A stretch of DNA of 64,000 bases from Acidimicrobiaceae bacterium. Its GTDB lineage: Bacteria > Actinomycetota > Acidimicrobiia > Acidimicrobiales > Ilumatobacteraceae. Of this stretch, positions 62,825 through 64,000 are shown in pieces; the stretch's first letter is position 1; every line of letters begins with the position of its first letter. The notes beneath the pieces were generated by a model, which saw nothing but the letters and a program-made list of their open reading frames with translations, had not been told where the DNA came from and searched no databases. A program made the position numbers and the translations under genes. Location: contig CANFGT010000008.1 of NCBI GenBank assembly GCA_947446815.1, forward strand, positions 44,160-108,159, in the 5' to 3' direction.

Positions 62825-63649
62825 ATGTCTGGCGAGAATCAGCGTAAAAAATTCACTGTTCCGCAATTAGCGGCACGAAAGTCTCCTGCGCAGAAACTGT
62901 CAATGGTTACTGCGTACGACGCAACATTTGCCTCAATCGTGGACGCAGGCGGAGTCGATCTCATCTTGGTGGGTGATTCAGTCGCCACCGTTATGCAAGG
63001 TCAGCGCAACACACTCGGGGTTTCCATGGAACACATGGAGTACCACGTGCAAATGGTGGCTGCGGCGAAACCACTTGCTCTTATCGTGGGCGACCTGCCA
63101 TTTGGTTCGTATCAGTCCTCAGTGCAAGATGCCGTGCGAAATTCAGTGCGACTCATCAAAGCGGGTGCAGAGATAGTGAAGCTCGAGGGTGGTGTCCACG
63201 TATGCGCCCAGATTGCTGCAATCACCGCCGCTGATATTCCGGTGATGGGCCACATCGGTCTCACGCCACAGAGTTATCACCGCATGGGCGGAAACAAGAT
63301 TCAGGGTCGCACAGCAGGTGCTGCAGCGGGCAGCAAAAATCGCCTCATCGAAGATGCTCTTGCTGTTCAAGAAAATGGCGCGTGTGCAGTCGTGATCGAA
63401 GGCGTGCCCGCGGATCTTGCTTCTGACATCACCCAGCGTCTCGCCATTCCTACAATCGGTATCGGCGCCGGAAACGGGTGCGACGGTCAAGTTCTTGTTA
63501 TGCACGATCTTTTGGGTCTGTCTCCACGCGTCTTGACTTTTACCAAGCCATATGCACAACTTCGTGACATCGCCACCTCAGCGGTTCAGCAGTATGTCGA
63601 AGAAGTGCGATCAGGTGAATGGCCAGACACTGAACATAGTTTTTCGTAA
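62825..63649 (+). CDS. panB: 3-methyl-2-oxobutanoate hydroxymethyltransferase
   Basis: KLSMVTAYDATFA...ILVGDS...GDLPFGSYQ...VKLEGG...VMGHIGLTPQS...GIGAG..CDGQVLV. ATG 62825 follows AAAGGGG. The ORF opens at GTG 62819. Confidence 0.9.
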   Translation: MSGENQRKKFTVPQLAARKSPAQKLSMVTAYDATFASIVDAGGVDLILVGDSVATVMQGQRNTLGVSMEHMEYHVQMVAAAKPLALIVGDLPFGSYQSSVQDAVRNSVRLIKAGAEIVKLEGGVHVCAQIAAITAADIPVMGHIGLTPQSYHRMGGNKIQGRTAGAAAGSKNRLIEDALAVQENGACAVVIEGVPADLASDITQRLAIPTIGIGAGNGCDGQVLVMHDLLGLSPRVLTFTKPYAQLRDIATSAVQQYVEEVRSGEWPDTEHSFS

Positions 63650-63651
63650 CA

Positions 63652-64000
63652 ATGATTCTTCTCACTTCCCCTGCTGAGATGCATGCGTGGATTCGGTCGC
63701 TTAACGGACGACCCACCATTGGGTTCGTTCCGACAATGGGTGCATTGCATGCAGGCCATGAAGCACTGCTCCAGCAATCACAGAGCGAAAATGAAGCAAC
63801 TGTGCTCTCCATTTTTGTCAACCCAACGCAGTTCAATGTTGACGCTGATTTTGATGCCTATCCGCGTACAGTCGACCGTGATTTGCGTATTGCGGAGCAT
63901 CATGGCGTGGACGCTGTCTACATGCCTTCAACCGAAGCGATGTATCCCAATGGGTGGAGAGTTTTCGTAGAGCCTGGAACCGCCTCAGATCCGATGGAAG
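63652..64000 (+). CDS. panC: pantoate--beta-alanine ligase (5' part; truncated by window end)
   Basis: Own translation from ATG 63652: MILLTSPAEMHAWIRSLNGRPTIGFVPTMGALHAGHEALLQQS...LSIFVNPTQF. PTMGxLHxGH and the FVNPxQF motif are present. No stop occurs before 64000. Confidence 0.85.
   Translation, partial: MILLTSPAEMHAWIRSLNGRPTIGFVPTMGALHAGHEALLQQSQSENEATVLSIFVNPTQFNVDADFDAYPRTVDRDLRIAEHHGVDAVYMPSTEAMYPNGWRVFVEPGTASDPME

Noticed and set aside
1-64000. Search by eye for tRNA/rRNA genes, CRISPR arrays, IS elements, integrases, prophage or defence islands, and compositional islands.
   Set aside because: No T-loop-like GGTTCGAATCC-type motifs in the few spacers. No spaced direct-repeat arrays. 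No transposase, integrase or recombinase-like ORFs. GC content and coding density look uniform. This is a negative result from manual inspection only.

Overview
This window is a densely packed stretch (about 75 CDS, roughly 96% coding, about 50% GC) that reads as core chromosome of a streamlined actinobacterium. The lineage call rests on a WhiB-family gene, tatA-tatC-helY, the gcvH / FHA (GarA/OdhI-like) / MerR (FtsR-like) / BFN nuclease / MerR module, DUF4193, a DUF3073-like gene and a GuaB1-like gene.

Main blocks in order:
- Glycine cleavage locus: pgsA-like, gcvH, FHA, two MerR genes and gcvT on the + strand. gcvP is on the - strand behind a clear tandem glycine riboswitch.
- PLP decarboxylase, threonine aldolase, WhiB, a PrmA-like methyltransferase and a gamma carbonic anhydrase.
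- Crotonase, GNAT, DUF4193 and a double-length ThyX.
- A long minus-strand operon: tatA, tatC, helY, a 205-aa ORF, an oxidoreductase and an M20 amidohydrolase.
- GDPD, lepB, ferredoxin, trmI, three small membrane proteins, PBP4 and an ADP-forming acyl-CoA synthetase.
- A TetR/desaturase pair with a perfect operator palindrome.
- nagA, tkt, tal and a LOG-like gene.
- typA, RNase D, rhodanese and mobA.
- M18 aminopeptidase, plsC, cmk and a GuaB1-like gene.
- Sua5, crotonase and ctaA.
- A peptidoglycan-binding M23 peptidase behind a 284-nt leader.
- An envelope/esterase cluster, then panB and panC (truncated by the window end).

I found no rRNA, tRNA, CRISPR array, transposase, integrase or obvious horizontally acquired island.

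I do not see a convincing novel multi-gene system. The best leads are:
- the structured leader upstream of the M23 peptidase;
- the DUF4193 / small basic ORF / mini-GNAT operon with a CRP-type palindrome next to a pseudo-dimeric ThyX;
- the mutually exclusive inverted repeats upstream of whiB;
- an uncharacterised ORF translationally coupled to riboswitch-controlled gcvP;
- the apparent absence of the Pup-proteasome cluster from its usual trmI...tatA interval.

All product calls come from motif reading by eye, and start codons are often ambiguous (many GTG/TTG starts and 4-nt overlaps).
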